From positions 3,100,001 to 3,164,000 of the forward strand of contig JAQFVV010000009.1 of the NCBI GenBank assembly GCA_028023455.1: a DNA stretch of 64,000 nt, given 5' to 3'. Made by a program: the position numbers and the translations under genes. Source of the stretch: Epiperipatus broadwayi (Eukaryota; Animalia; Onychophora). Positions within the stretch are counted from its first letter, which is position 1; the number at the start of each line of letters is the position of its first letter. Positions 29,025-41,800 of this stretch are shown one piece after another. The notes under the pieces were generated by a model, which worked only from the letters and a program-made list of their open reading frames with translations, was not told where the DNA came from and did not search any database.

Positions 29025-29560
29025 CTGAAGGTTTGTGATGATGGCATTTTAATTAATATTTATATGTTGGACTATTTCCATCATCTAACATTTAATATTG
29101 AATGTTTTCAAAAAATATTTAAAACTTTTTTTTCAATTTTCCAATTACATCCAACTGGAGGTAATGGCATGCAGAATTGTATTATTCTCATCTCTTCTTC
29201 AGGTGTTGCTAGCCTGATGAGTGATAGTGCTAGCATGGGAATTAGACCTGGACTTTTAGATTCTTGAAAATTGAATTTTAAGGTTTTCTCTTTGTCAAGT
29301 GTTACTGGCCTGACTAGTGACAATACTAGCATGGGAATTGAACCTAAACTTTTAAATTCTTGAATATTAAATTTTAAGTACTTTAAAATTCAATATTCAA
29401 GAATCTAATGCTAGTGATATTGACCAGGTCAACAACACCCGAAGAAGAGAGAAGAATATTACTAATAGTTGAATGTAGTTGGAAGATTTAAAAAAGTTTA
29501 AAATTGTTTCTAAAGACATTCAATATTTAATGTTAAATGATGAATATAGTCCAACATATA
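29025..29560. mobile_element. Head-to-head pair of tRNA-head/hammerhead repeat (family T-HH)
   Basis: Minus copy 29025-29378 has a duplicated head. Plus copy is 29381-29560. Both share the CTTAAAATTC...GAATCTAAG hairpin, B-box GGTTCAATTCC, CAACAC-C(T/C)GAAGA-AGAG and tail GACATTCAATA...ATAGTCCAACATATA with 38151 and 57243. Confidence 0.8.
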
Positions 29561-30934
29561 AGTACAAATAATCTAATGGTTTATTGTTCACAAGTTTATA
29601 AGAAGTTTAAGCAATAGAAGTGACAGAATTGGAGCCATAATCCATGGATCTTGAACTCCAGAGTTTGCCACTTCACTAATGCAAGTAGTATACTCTTGAA
29701 AATGATCAGGGATTGAAATATTGGGAAAAAATGTAACAATTTTGATTCATAAAAAAACAATAATAAAGTTTTAAAAGAAAATGTATACAGTATATATATA
29801 TTTGTGTGAAGTTATGTGAAATTATATATTGATATAATTTCATGAATATTATTTAAATTTTTATTACAGTATTAGAGTGAAATACCCATATTAATTTTCT
29901 TTTTATATACTAAATTTATTTTTATATGAAGTTTATATATTTATCTATATATTTTTATTATTTTTCTTATTATAATTATTTCTATAAACTATAAAATTTA
30001 TACAAATTGTTTTTAATAATTACTAAGGCTGTAACCTTTTTGTTGAACTCATATTTTTTTTTTTTTACAATAAGCTTATATATCTATATTATATTTAAAA
30101 TCAAATATAATTTTAACTTATATATGTATTATTTAATAATATAAACACTACTTTAAAAATAGAATGAAAATAATAATGTGCAACTTTATGAAAAGTCAGT
30201 TGTTGTTGTTTTTTTGTCTAAACTTCATTCTTGCAAAGTTATTTACTACTTTATTATAATACCAATAAATAAATAAAAAAGTGATTTAATTCCCACAAAA
30301 CAATTAAAGAATTAAATTTTTGACGAGGCATTGCTTTTGAAGAAAGTGCACAGAAGAGTCACACATCCCACTTCAATATATATTGATGTCTTAAAGTTAA
30401 AAATTAAGTTTAACGTCAACTAATTAGAAAAACTAAAAGTTAAATGATCATCATGAATGTTTTCTTGCTGCATAAACTTATTGATTAAATAAATGAATAA
30501 AAGCCAATGATCATAGACTTCTATTAAAAAGAAAGAAATATTAGATATTTTTTAACAAAAGGTGAAGTATTTTAAACACTTTTATAATTCATGATAACCC
30601 AATTTGCTTAATAAAAACAGTAGGATTTGCTTGTTTATAAGTTTTAAAAATTTGACCATTGATTTGCAGCCTGTCCTGTATCTTTCCTACTTTGATTGCA
30701 TGATTTCAACCTGCAATAAATGCTATCCAATAAATAGCAATTTCTTATTTGTATTTGTTCTTTTTTTTATTTTTCTATCATTTATCACAAAAGCAGGAAA
30801 TTGAGTTAGTAGTGTTATATATAAATTGACTGTATTTCTTTGTTAGAAATAGAAAATCATCTTTATCTTGAAATAAATAAATAATTTAACAATTTATTAC
30901 TGAGGAAATCACAAGAAGTTTGAATATTAGTGAC

Positions 30935-30988
30935 AACAGATCTCAAGTTCCAGAATCCAACGCTTCACCACTCAACTAAACCATGCTG
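30935..30988 (-). repeat. tRNA-derived SINE head fragment
   Basis: Minus strand GCATGGTTTAGTTGAGTGGTGAAGCGTTGGATTCTGGAACTTGAGATC resembles a tRNA 5' half with an A-box and is truncated. Confidence 0.45.
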
Positions 30989-31287
30989 AGATCAATCCAG
31001 CTAATATAAAGAAGTAGTTGCATCTCACTGATCTGGATTTATGTGACTATCCCAAATATTTTATCTTCAGCAATATAAAAAATAGAAAATTAGATTTATA
31101 TTACAACATATTTCCAGTTGGCAGGAAAACATAAAAGTTTTATAAAAGCAGTATTATAATTCAGAATATTTTATTTCCTCAGTACAGGATTATTAGGGTA
31201 TGTAAAAAAATAGAATTATCTTTGTCTACACTAATGAAATATAAAAATTTATATTTGGCAATTATTTGACTAAATGATATATATATT

Positions 31288-31963
31288 TCAAAATTATCCC
31301 AAATTCACAACTCAACCAGACTAGCCAAAAAAACTCTCTAAAACACAACCAATAGTTTTACTGCTACAAGCAGACTTCTCAAGTATAAAGAACTATAAAA
31401 TAATAACATATTCAAACTAAACATTACCCACAATTCCACTTACCTCCCATACACCCTTAATATTAAAATGATTTTTAAATAGGATAAATGCTTCAGAATC
31501 ATAAATTTTTAATAATAAAGATTCTTTAATTCTAGTTAGTTCATTTTTTTTGGAGGGTATATATAGGTCAAAGTAGCTTAAATTTAAATGAAAGAATAAA
31601 GGTACATAAAAGTAGGATTAGAAATAAATATCCTAGTTCTGCTTTATATATCCATGAAAAAGATACAGATCACACTTAATTTTGATGAAGCTAAAGTTAT
31701 CTTCTTTGAGAGAAATGAAATAAAAAGAATTAAAAAATCTTTACTATTAAAAATTTATGATTATGAAGCACTTAACTTATTTAAAAGTTCTTTTAATATT
31801 ACAGGTGTATGGGAGGTAAATGGAATTGTGGGTAATGTTTAGTTTAAATATGTTGTTATTTTGTAGTTTCTTATACTTGAGAAATCTGCTTGTAGCATTG
31901 AATTTTAGTTTTTTTTTTTTTTTTTGGCTAATCTGATTGAGTTGTGAATTTGGGGTAATTTTG
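31288..31963. mobile_element. ~680-bp palindromic MITE-like element
   Basis: 31288-31580 is the imperfect reverse complement of about 31690-31963 (for example AAACATTACCCACAATTCCACTTACCTCCCATACACC vs GGTGTATGGGAGGTAAATGGAATTGTGGGTAATGTTT). Confidence 0.85.
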
Positions 31964-32137
31964 ATTATTTATTGACTAGATTAGCTTTATGCTTTTAATA
32001 ATTTTATATATATATATAATATCAAATAATATAAGTATAATATTAAAAAAATCCACTAGAATAAAATTTTGTAGTTTATTCTAGTGGATTTTATATATAT
32101 AATACAAATAAAATGTCCTTAATTAAAAATTTTCAAT

Positions 32138-32397
32138 AACAATAAAAATAATAAATATAATGGTAATTAACTTAATACAATCTTTCAATCTTCAGAAGTG
32201 TTTTTGGTTAATTTCTTAACCCTCCTCAACTGCTGTCAAATTTAAAAAACATTATGAGTTGATGACATTTGCTTCTGTTATATTTTTTGAATTTAACAGC
32301 AAGTGAGGAGGGTTAAGGAATTAACTTAAAGTACTTCTGTAGATAGAAAGACTGTATATAATAGTTAATTATCATTATATTTATTATTTTTATTGTT
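32138..32397. mobile_element. ~260-bp palindromic MITE-like element
   Basis: TTAACCCTCCTCAACTGCTGTCAAATT vs AATTTAACAGCAAGTGAGGAGGGTTAA, with matching outer arms. Confidence 0.8.
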
Positions 32398-32524
32398 ATA
32401 TATATATATATAAATCAACTATAATCGTAACTGTGTCATTTGTACACAGGCTGTAATAATTGTTGCCTTGTGTCATTCTGCTGTGTTCTGAAAGTATTTC
32501 TTTAATACCTACTGGGATAGTTTT

Positions 32525-35500
32525 AGTACTTTTATTAAATACAAATGAAAACTTAGCAAGATAAGTTTAAGTACTTGCAGTAAAGATAATTATAAGAATA
32601 AATGCTAAGTAGAATTCACTTAGAATTCTTCAAAGTAATTACAAAAACCGTGACATGGAAATAGATAATTCAACACAACAGTGAAATAAATATATAAAGA
32701 GTTCATATATCTGTATGTTATTATTTTGCTTTAATTTCTTGCACACTGTTATTATAACATATATGGCAATTTCCACATCATCTTAAATTAACCAGCCTTT
32801 GCTATTTCTGACTGATTCAATATATATCAATAATTAGTCCATATACTAGGGTCTTGCAAGTTATTTTATATATCAGTTTTACTTGCTCAATATTAGCTTA
32901 TTTGCATACATTATTTTCCTTTATCATTCAACAATATTCATGCTGTATGCTAATTTTTTTAGAGTGTTAACAGTGGTAAGAGATAACAACTATATATATA
33001 CTATATATACATAGTTTACAAAATTTTAATAAATTTTATTTATATTATAATATATACATGCACAGGAAATCCACTCTTTTCTCTATCCTAAAGATAATCT
33101 GTAAAGATACAAAATAATCTTTTAAGTTGCTGACGATTTCAAACAGGTCTTAGTTGTGGTAATGATCTTTCTTCTTCATGATGAATTGTTATTTTTACTT
33201 GATTGGGCTCTTTGTTTAATGAAAAATTTTCCAATAGCTATACCATAGGATTACCAGATCATAAACATATCTTTCAGCAACATTTGCATGATTGACCTGA
33301 TGAATAATGGGGGTTTGATTATTTTTCATGGCTGAGGATATTATAGATGATTTATATGTTTCTTCAGAAGTTTTCTATTATCCAGTTTAATTACTCTTAA
33401 TTAATTTAGCTAATACTTCTACAATGACACTAGGAAAACATTTCCTTTTTAAAATGTCTCAAGTCTAAACTAGTTTGCCAATTTTATATTTTTCAGAGTC
33501 TAAATTATTAGTAGTAATTATTTTTTTATCTGGTAAAAAATTTGATAAGTGCATGCAATTTTTGATGCAGTAACAATTCCGCTAGTGTTTTGATCATTGA
33601 TGCTCTTGGAAATGTTGATAAAACATTGTGTGCATCAATGCTTCATTTATATATTTGATGTTTTATTCAGTTTTGTTTTCAGCTGATGCACTGCCTTTGC
33701 AATCAAACCATTCAATTCAGATTGATGTGGTGGTATCAAAATATGCCATCAAAATGTTGTGTATTCCTTTATCATATAAAAACTCTTTGAATTCTTATGA
33801 GGTCAATCCAATTCTGTTGTCAGTCATAACAGTTTCCAGATAGCCATGGCTTGCAAAGATGTCTTTTAGGGCTCAAATAGAATACTCTCTCATGTTTTTA
33901 ATGAGCTTATACTCAACCCATTCTAAGTAAAAATCAATAACAATTACAAATATGTAGCCATTGTCTGTACCTATGTGGTCAACAAGTAATTTCACTCATG
34001 GCTCTGTACTATTTAATCAAGTTTCAAATCTTTTCTGAGGCAAGTCAATGGCAGATGAGCATTGTAAACAATTCTTTGCCATTTGGATTTTGAAATTCCA
34101 CTTCCTGATGTGCACAATTACTGGCCCAGATTGTTTCCTGCAATTTGCAGTTTCCTTATAAATCATTTTCATTTTCTCAATATGAATCCAAAAGATATTA
34201 ACCAGTTTCTATCATGTAGCTGACTTATATTTCTCTGGACTATATTACAAGAATAGAAATTTAACCTTGGCATTGATTTTCACATGTTACAGTTACCTTT
34301 TTACATATATCGATTATATTTTCATTTACATGTGTAGCTAATACATGTGTATTTTGAAGTGTCAACTTGTTTTTATTGTTACCATTAATTTTATTCTAGT
34401 TCTTTCATGATTATGTAGATAACAACATCTAACAAAATACTACTATTACCTAACTTTAATTTTCTTGACATTATTTTTTCTTCTCATTTCACCTCCTTAT
34501 GCTTTAAAGTCAGAATTTAACTCAATTTTTAAACACTTGTTTTTATTTCCACAGACACAAGCTAAATGTATTTTTAATTTACACACATTACACTTTTGCC
34601 TTATAAATTTGCAATACTACTTTATATAGTCCCCTCCCCCCAGAAATAAGAGGTTAAGACATCCTTTGAGTTCCTATGGCTTGGACTATGCAATTATGTT
34701 CTAGTTTAAAATTCCAAAATATTGTCCAACACGTTCCCATTGCAGATTTGTATGTAAGATTTGGTTCACTTAATAAGATTTTCTTAAAATTGTGATTCAA
34801 CATTCCAAATAATAGCTAGTCCATTAACTTGTCATTTGAATTATAAGTAAAATGACATTGCTTCACAAATGTTCTTAATGCTAAATCATATATAATGCTC
34901 ATGAGGTGCCTGCTTTTTCATTCTAAATCTGTGATGTGTCACCCACCCCATTTATAAGTTGTTAGCTGGAAATAAGTAGTACAAGTTAACTTTTAGCTCT
35001 TCATATGGAATTTTGGGGTCACACAATTGCTTTGCTATTTATAAATCCAGAAAACAACAAAAGCAGAGCTACTTTAATTTTCATTGGCTTCAATTCTATT
35101 TGTGAACATATATCATTTAATATGTTCCACATTAAATTTCCATGCTGAATCATTGTTAACATTAAACTCTTAGATACTATTATTCACAGTTGCCTTTATC
35201 ATTGTTTATGCATTTTTGCTTGCTTGCACAATTTGATCAATTACAGCTGTAACTGAGCCATTCTTCTGAAATCCTGCACAGGCTTTAACAACTATCAACT
35301 TGCATCATTCTGCTATGTCTTGGGGATATTTCTCTATGTCTACCAGAATCACATCAATACTTTATTAAATAAATTACCAAGTTAAAACTTAACAAGACAA
35401 ATTTATTTATTTGCAGTAAAGATAAATAAAACTTTTATGAATAAAATTCACTTTGTATTCTCCAAAGTGATTACAATTAATTATGACTTGAAAATAGATT

Positions 35501-35848
35501 ATTCACACACAACAGTAAAATAAATATATAAAAGGTTCATATAGCTGTGTGCTACCATTTTGCTTTGGCTTCTTGCATACATTTATTATAATTTATATAC
35601 ATGGCAATTTTCGCATCATAAATTAACCAGCCTTTGCTATTTCTAACTGATTCAATATATATATATATCAACAGTTTGCCCATATACTAGGGTCTTGCAG
35701 GTTATTTTAATTTATCAATCAACAATATTCATGATGTATGCTAATTTTTTAAAGTGATAACAGTAGTAAGAGATAAAAATTATATATGTACTGTCTATAC
35801 ATTGTTTACAAAATTTTAATAAATTTTATTTACATTATAATATGTACA
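32525..35848 (-). mobile_element. Old, internally deleted Ty3/gypsy LTR retrotransposon
   Basis: Diverged direct repeats about 32525-33058 and 35355-35848, starting TGTA on minus. Integrase-core remnant VDHIGT.NG.IFVIVID...LKDIFASHGYLETVMTDN...EFKEFL at about 33680-33990. Left boundary approximate. Confidence 0.85.
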
Positions 35849-36663
35849 TAAACAAACAGTCGAGTTACTTATTGTTAAAAGAATGAATTCATTATGATTT
35901 AAATAAATGAATTGTCAGAATTAAAATATACAAACAATTTTATTTTGAATATTGTAAATTTATAATAAAATAAATGAATTTAGAGCAAGATTGTATGAAC
36001 AGTTGAAATCATTGGACCTAAATTTAAATAATTTTTGATCTTCATTTTATATGTGTTGAACGAGCAAATGTTGAATGCTATAACTTTATAGAATCTTATT
36101 ACAAAATGATAATGCAACTTAATTAATTTAAATGCATGGATTATTTGTTGTTTATTTATGTAGATGTTGAGCTTGAGATGTGCCTGCATCTAATTTTAGT
36201 AGTGGGTATGAAGAAATTAAAATTATTAAAAGTTTGAAGTAAGGGTTTTATCAATAATCATGTGTATATTATTTTGTCTTGATTATATAACTACAGATGT
36301 GATATTTCTGATTATTTACATTAATATAATGATATGAATGCTTGTAGATGTGCATTTCTGCTTTTATTTGAAAATAATTATATGCATGCCCATTGTTTAT
36401 TTATATTTTATATTATATACAGTGCAATGGGAATCTTTGTGTACAGTGATTAGTTTGCTACAAATTAGTATGTATTTATATAATGATATTTTAAGAACAT
36501 ATATATTTATGCATACACTTGAATTGCAGACAGATCCACTAAGAGTTACATATTGCTATGACTTAATGTTGATCAGAACTCCAATTATTTCTACTTGATT
36601 ATATTTTGTATTATGATTTATATCAATATAGTAATTTATTAAGCACAAGAAGATGATATAATA

Positions 36664-36994
36664 ATAACATGAAAGGCTGAAATCTTTGACAGAAACACCT
36701 TAAAAATGCTTATATGACAGTCAAGCAGATGTAATAATGATTGCATAGAAAACTCTCAAGCCAAAACCCAAGGCAGAGATTTTACAAGAAAAAGATGGTT
36801 CCCACCTGCTTAAGACTGGCTTATTTACATATAAATTTAAGTAGAGAAGAAGGTGGGAACCATCTTTCTCTCATAAAATCTCTACCTTGTGTTTTGGCTT
36901 GAGAGTTTCCTATGCAGTCATTATTACATCTGATTGGCTGTCATATAAGCATTTTTAAGGTGCTTCTGTCAAAGGTTTCAGCCTTTCATGTTAT
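36664..36994. mobile_element. Inverted-repeat insertion H1 (~145-bp arms)
   Basis: ATAACATGAAAGGCTGAAA...GGTTCCCACCT vs AGGTGGGAACC...TTTCAGCCTTTCATGTTAT. A 20-bp direct repeat lies at 36611-36630 and 36991-37010. Confidence 0.9.
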
Positions 36995-37933
36995 GATTTA
37001 TATCAATATATTTTACACATATTTTATCTTTACCTTTTTATAGAGAACTGAATATATGACCTAATCACAAGTTATAATATTACTGTTGATAATATGTGTA
37101 TGATATGACATGCATAACAGCTCATTGGTTTTTAATCCCAGTCTAGGGATTTCATTCTTAATTAAGTGATGTTGAGTGCATTCATGTTTATGTGATATAT
37201 TGAAATATAATAAGCAATATTGTCAATATTGAAATAGGATTACACATAATAATGAAGTGTATATCAACTTAGTGTGAAATCTATAAGATAAAATAACCAA
37301 TAGAATCTTATAAAATTATATTTGAACCATTATAAAAATTTGATTTTTATAATGTGTTGGGACCATGTGAACACTACTCACACATATCAGTTAATTTATT
37401 GTAACTTTAGTTCTACTAATGCGAAAAGCAAACTATCTTTTCTGTTGTTGAATTATTATTGTGTTTATATGTCATTTTGGTTATCTAATTCACCTTTAAG
37501 AGAGATATACTCATAGTGATAGATGCAGTCTCACTTATTCTCATTCTGCCCATTACAAGATATATAAAAGACTTATAATATGAAGGTAATAAAAATAAAA
37601 GTGTGATCATTAGAATCTTTAATCAAATAAAATCTTAATGGATTGGTAATGTTTTATGAAAGTTTATCAAACATGTTTGATGTGCCACAGAGAAGACAAA
37701 ATGATAGAAAAAATAATAAGTGAGAACCTTTCTTATAAACTACATGAAAACAATACAAAATGTTCTTTGACTGGATTCTGGTATTCTCACTATTACTTGC
37801 CAAATTTTTTTTGGCTTTTAGTATTACTAATATTAACAAAAATTTCCAAACACAATCATTAATAAGTTTAAGTCAAAAACATGCTTTTGATTAGATTATG
37901 TAGCCAAATTAAAGGCAGTGTAAGACTATAAAT

Positions 37934-38119
37934 GATTGGGAAAATACAAAAATATTGGATAGAGAAAAAAAAGTACAAATAAAATTTAAAGAAGCTGCTC
38001 ACATGACAATGGCAAACAATCCCAGAAGTCAACCTAGTGTGATTATATATAATGTATGGAAACCACCAATCAATTTTGCTTTTAGAAAAAAATGGAGAAA
38101 GGAGGAATCTCCTAGATAA
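37934..38119 (+). pseudogene. 3' end of a Penelope-like GIY-YIG endonuclease ORF
   Basis: Open frame DWENTKILDREKKVQIKFKEAAHMTMANNPRSQPSVIIYNVWKPPI...* matches the C-terminal W.N.KIL..E...R..KEA.H....N..SQPS...W.P motif I recall from PLE endonucleases. Confidence 0.7.
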
Positions 38120-38150
38120 GTATATGAAATTTCTACTGACTGTTGCCTTT

Positions 38151-38450
38151 GATAGGATGGCTCAATCAGTTAGAGCATTATCTTAAAATTCAATACTCAA
38201 GAATCTAAGGATCCAGGTTCGATTCTTATGCTAGTACGGTCACTGGTCAGACTAGCAACACCTGAACAGAGGGGAGAATAATAGGCTCTCAAAATGTTGT
38301 GTATATATTAACCTGTTTGATGTGCTATTACTAACAATTGAATGTATAGGGAATATTTAAATAAAGTTAATTTTTTCTAAAGACATTCAATACTCATTAG
38401 ATGATGAAAATAGTCCAACATATAAATGTAACTAAAACACAAACCTTCAG
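38151..38450 (+). mobile_element. Most complete T-HH copy: tRNA-like head + hammerhead-like module + tail
   Basis: A-box TGGCTCAATCAGTTAGAGC (38158-38176), B-box GGTTCGATTC (38216-38225), hammerhead-like ACAC-CTGAACA-GAGGG..CTCTC-AAAATGTT-GTGT (38258-38302), tail ending AAACCTTCAG. Confidence 0.75.
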
Positions 38451-38848
38451 GAAAACATCTTTACCATAAGACCATAAAAAATACTTTCCTATTTTATTAA
38501 TGAATCCATATTGTATTCATTGAATATATGCAAAAATTACTCTCACAATTTTTCTATCAACTATTATAAATAAATCTTTACTATGTTTCAGATAAAAAAT
38601 AAAAGTACTACTCATGTATTTACTTTAAAGAATTGAGGACAAAAATATGCAATTTTTCTGAAAATTACATATAAATTCTAATTTTTGATAGTACACAAGT
38701 GCGAAGTAGAGAGAAAAAATTATAATGCATAAATAGATTAAGAAATTCTGTCAGCTTTCTAGTTTAATGAAATTTTAAAAAATGATGTGGAAGGGGGAGG
38801 GCATTTTAATGTTTAATAATTTTTAATATTTGTATTAAAATTATATTT

Positions 38849-38890
38849 TTCAGTTTGATGACGACTGTGGATTAGTCAAAACTTACTGAA
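38849..38890 (+). ncRNA. Decayed minimal type I hammerhead ribozyme motif
   Basis: TTCAGT-TTGATGA-C-GACT-GTGGATT-AGTC-AAAACTT-ACTGAA. Stems I (6 bp) and II (4 bp) are perfect; core positions are mutated. Confidence 0.5.
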
Positions 38891-41800
38891 GTGAAATAAA
38901 AGATAAAAAATATTGTATTTAAGTGCATAGAAGTAGATGTAAAAAATTTAAACAATACTAAGACGACGCAAAAAGTATTGGGGGGGGGGGTAGAAGGTTT
39001 TAATAAATAAGCCTCTAATATTAATGATCGCCCAGCTATATGTAAATTGAAAATTGATTGAATTTTTTATTTAGAACAGAATAATTAAAAGAAATAATTG
39101 GAAATAATACCAGAAATAAAAATTAAAAAGCAATTATTATGTCACAAAGATAATCAAAAAGTAATGGCTGGTAAATGAAAACAAAAATTATATTTGTCTT
39201 AAGATAAAATGCAATGATTAACTTTTTTTTTAATGATTGAATATGGGCAAAGAATTTTTTAACCAAAACATATGAGAGAAAATCCAAAATATCAATAACA
39301 ATATCACATGATTTTCTCATATGTCTATACTATGTTTATTGTTAGATAGAGGAGGTTTTTAGCTTTTGCTATCATCAATGGAAACTAAGATTTAAAACAG
39401 TAATTAATGCACTTATGCATCTAGAAGCTAGCTTTTATTTTTTTACATTATTCAAACTAAAATCCTGAAATTAAAAAACAACAAAGGTTTAAATCAAACT
39501 AATTTTACACATATTATTTGCCTTATAAGAGAACACTTGATTTTGGATGAAATATATTAATTGATGGAGAACTTGTAATTTTGTATAAGATAAAGTTGAA
39601 ACAATAAAAAATAATAATTTTTGGCCTTAAATAAAATAATCTAAAGTTTATGGTAAATAATTTTAGCATATAACAGAAAAAATGATTATTCCAAGAAATA
39701 TTCCCAGTAAAAATAAATTTCAAATATTAAAAAAAAAATGGAAGAATTTTAAAAAATTTAAAAAATAATTTTGATTGAATTTTTTAAAAAAAATATAATA
39801 ATTGAACTTAATAAAATATAATATTAAAAATAGTCCAATGAACAATTTTTTTGGAAATAAGTTCAAATGGAGAAGCTAAATAATTTTTTTTGATTACAGA
39901 AGTGAAGATAGACAATTAAAAAATACCTGAGAGTTTGGATGAAATAGAACAAGAAAAAAATTAAAAAGTTGTGATTAGAAAAAGGATCATACTCTATGCA
40001 GAAAAATTAAAAATAATTTCTACCACTTGAATGCAATACATCAAAATTAAAACTCTCAAGTTCTTTTATTGGAGGTATTTCATGAAGCAAAGAATCATTT
40101 CCAAATCCATATACCTAATTTATATACATATAATATTTTGGAAGCAAGCTACTCTTCACTCATGTACTATAAAATAGACAAGCAATTCTACCATCAACAA
40201 ATGTTTTAAAAGCTGTTTAGAGCTTTTTTTTAAAAATAATACAATATTTATTGAATGTGCTCTTATTGTTAGCCTAATTTTTAAATCTGCATATTATATA
40301 TATATATAAGTAGTTTTAAAGATTTGAAAATAATTATTTGCTTCAGAAAATATTCTTATATAATAAGTATTTATTTAGTAAAAACTCTAAAAGTTAACGT
40401 TGAGAGATTATCAAATTTAGGGCCATTTTTCTAGTAATTTATATTTGCTTAAGCTTTTTTAAACTTAGGTCAAGGTCATAAAAAAAAAGCAACTTCAGTT
40501 TAAAAAAAATGAAAAGTCAGAAAAGTAAGTGATGACAGGATATATATTAAATAATAATAATAATTATGATGATGATGATGATGTCTTCATAAAAAATTAC
40601 ACACTTTAGCATTTAAAGTATCATCCTAAACACATTTCACAATTATATGGCAAATTTCTGTTTGGAATTTCTCAGTAAAGAATGATACTTCCATGTTTCT
40701 TCACTAAGTTTGATTCTTCACTTATAGCAACTTTTAGTTCTAAATAGTACCAAAGTAATAAATGACATAAGCATTAAAAAAAACTTATGCATTAATGAAA
40801 CAAAATCTAATGAAAAAGAATACATTGACATTATTTTTGATAGCATTTTTGAAGTAAAATATTGTAGTTTAGAAATTTTTAGAAATATTGATTTTTTTTT
40901 AAGCTAAACTTTTATAATGTTTGATTTTGTGTTAGATAATGCTGATTTGAGAACTCAAACGTAATGTTATGGTATTAACACACACAAAAAAGACCAGAAC
41001 AAACGTGGCAAAAAATTAATTCCCATTATTATATAATTATACTGCAAATGTGGTTCATCTCTATTAATTTCAGTGCTGAAATTTCTTAAGAATCCTGAGG
41101 AATAAACGTGTTTAATCATTTTTTGAGTTACTAATTCTCTATGGTTTAAATATGCTACAGACAAATAAATCTACTAAATGTAACAACTTTTTCAGATGAT
41201 TTTCTAAAAAGACATCATTTGTTCACTCTCTCAGGTCTTGCAAAGTAAAATTATATTGGAAACTGATCTTTAACACTTTAATTATATCAATAACCAGTCT
41301 AAGTAAAATGAAGATAAGAACATTGGCCAATTTTAACTAAAAGTTTGTACTTATTGACTTAGTTATTAATTAAACAATTATGTTATCTTGAGTTCAAAAC
41401 CATTTTCTGTTTATTAGTTTGAATGGTATAATAGAATTAAATATGGCTGTGAGATAGATATTTGAATTGATAAAAGTTAATAAGAAAGAATTAGTCTACA
41501 GACTTGTTTAGATTATTATCTGGTGTTTTGATTACTCAGTGCACACAATTCCAAGTTATCAGTAATGGTTTTAAAATAGAGTTATGTGAGTGAATTGTAG
41601 TTGTTGATGAAGAATTTAAATGAAAGCTAGAAATTGTGATCTTTTATTATGGTGCATATATACTCATATTAAATAATCAATATTTTTAATGCTGCATGCT
41701 ATTGATTTAGAACTTGGTATTAACTTCTGACCAAGTTTTGCCTTTTAATCTAGCCTGTATAATATTTGTTAGTGCATTTCTATTATTTGTGTCAATAATT

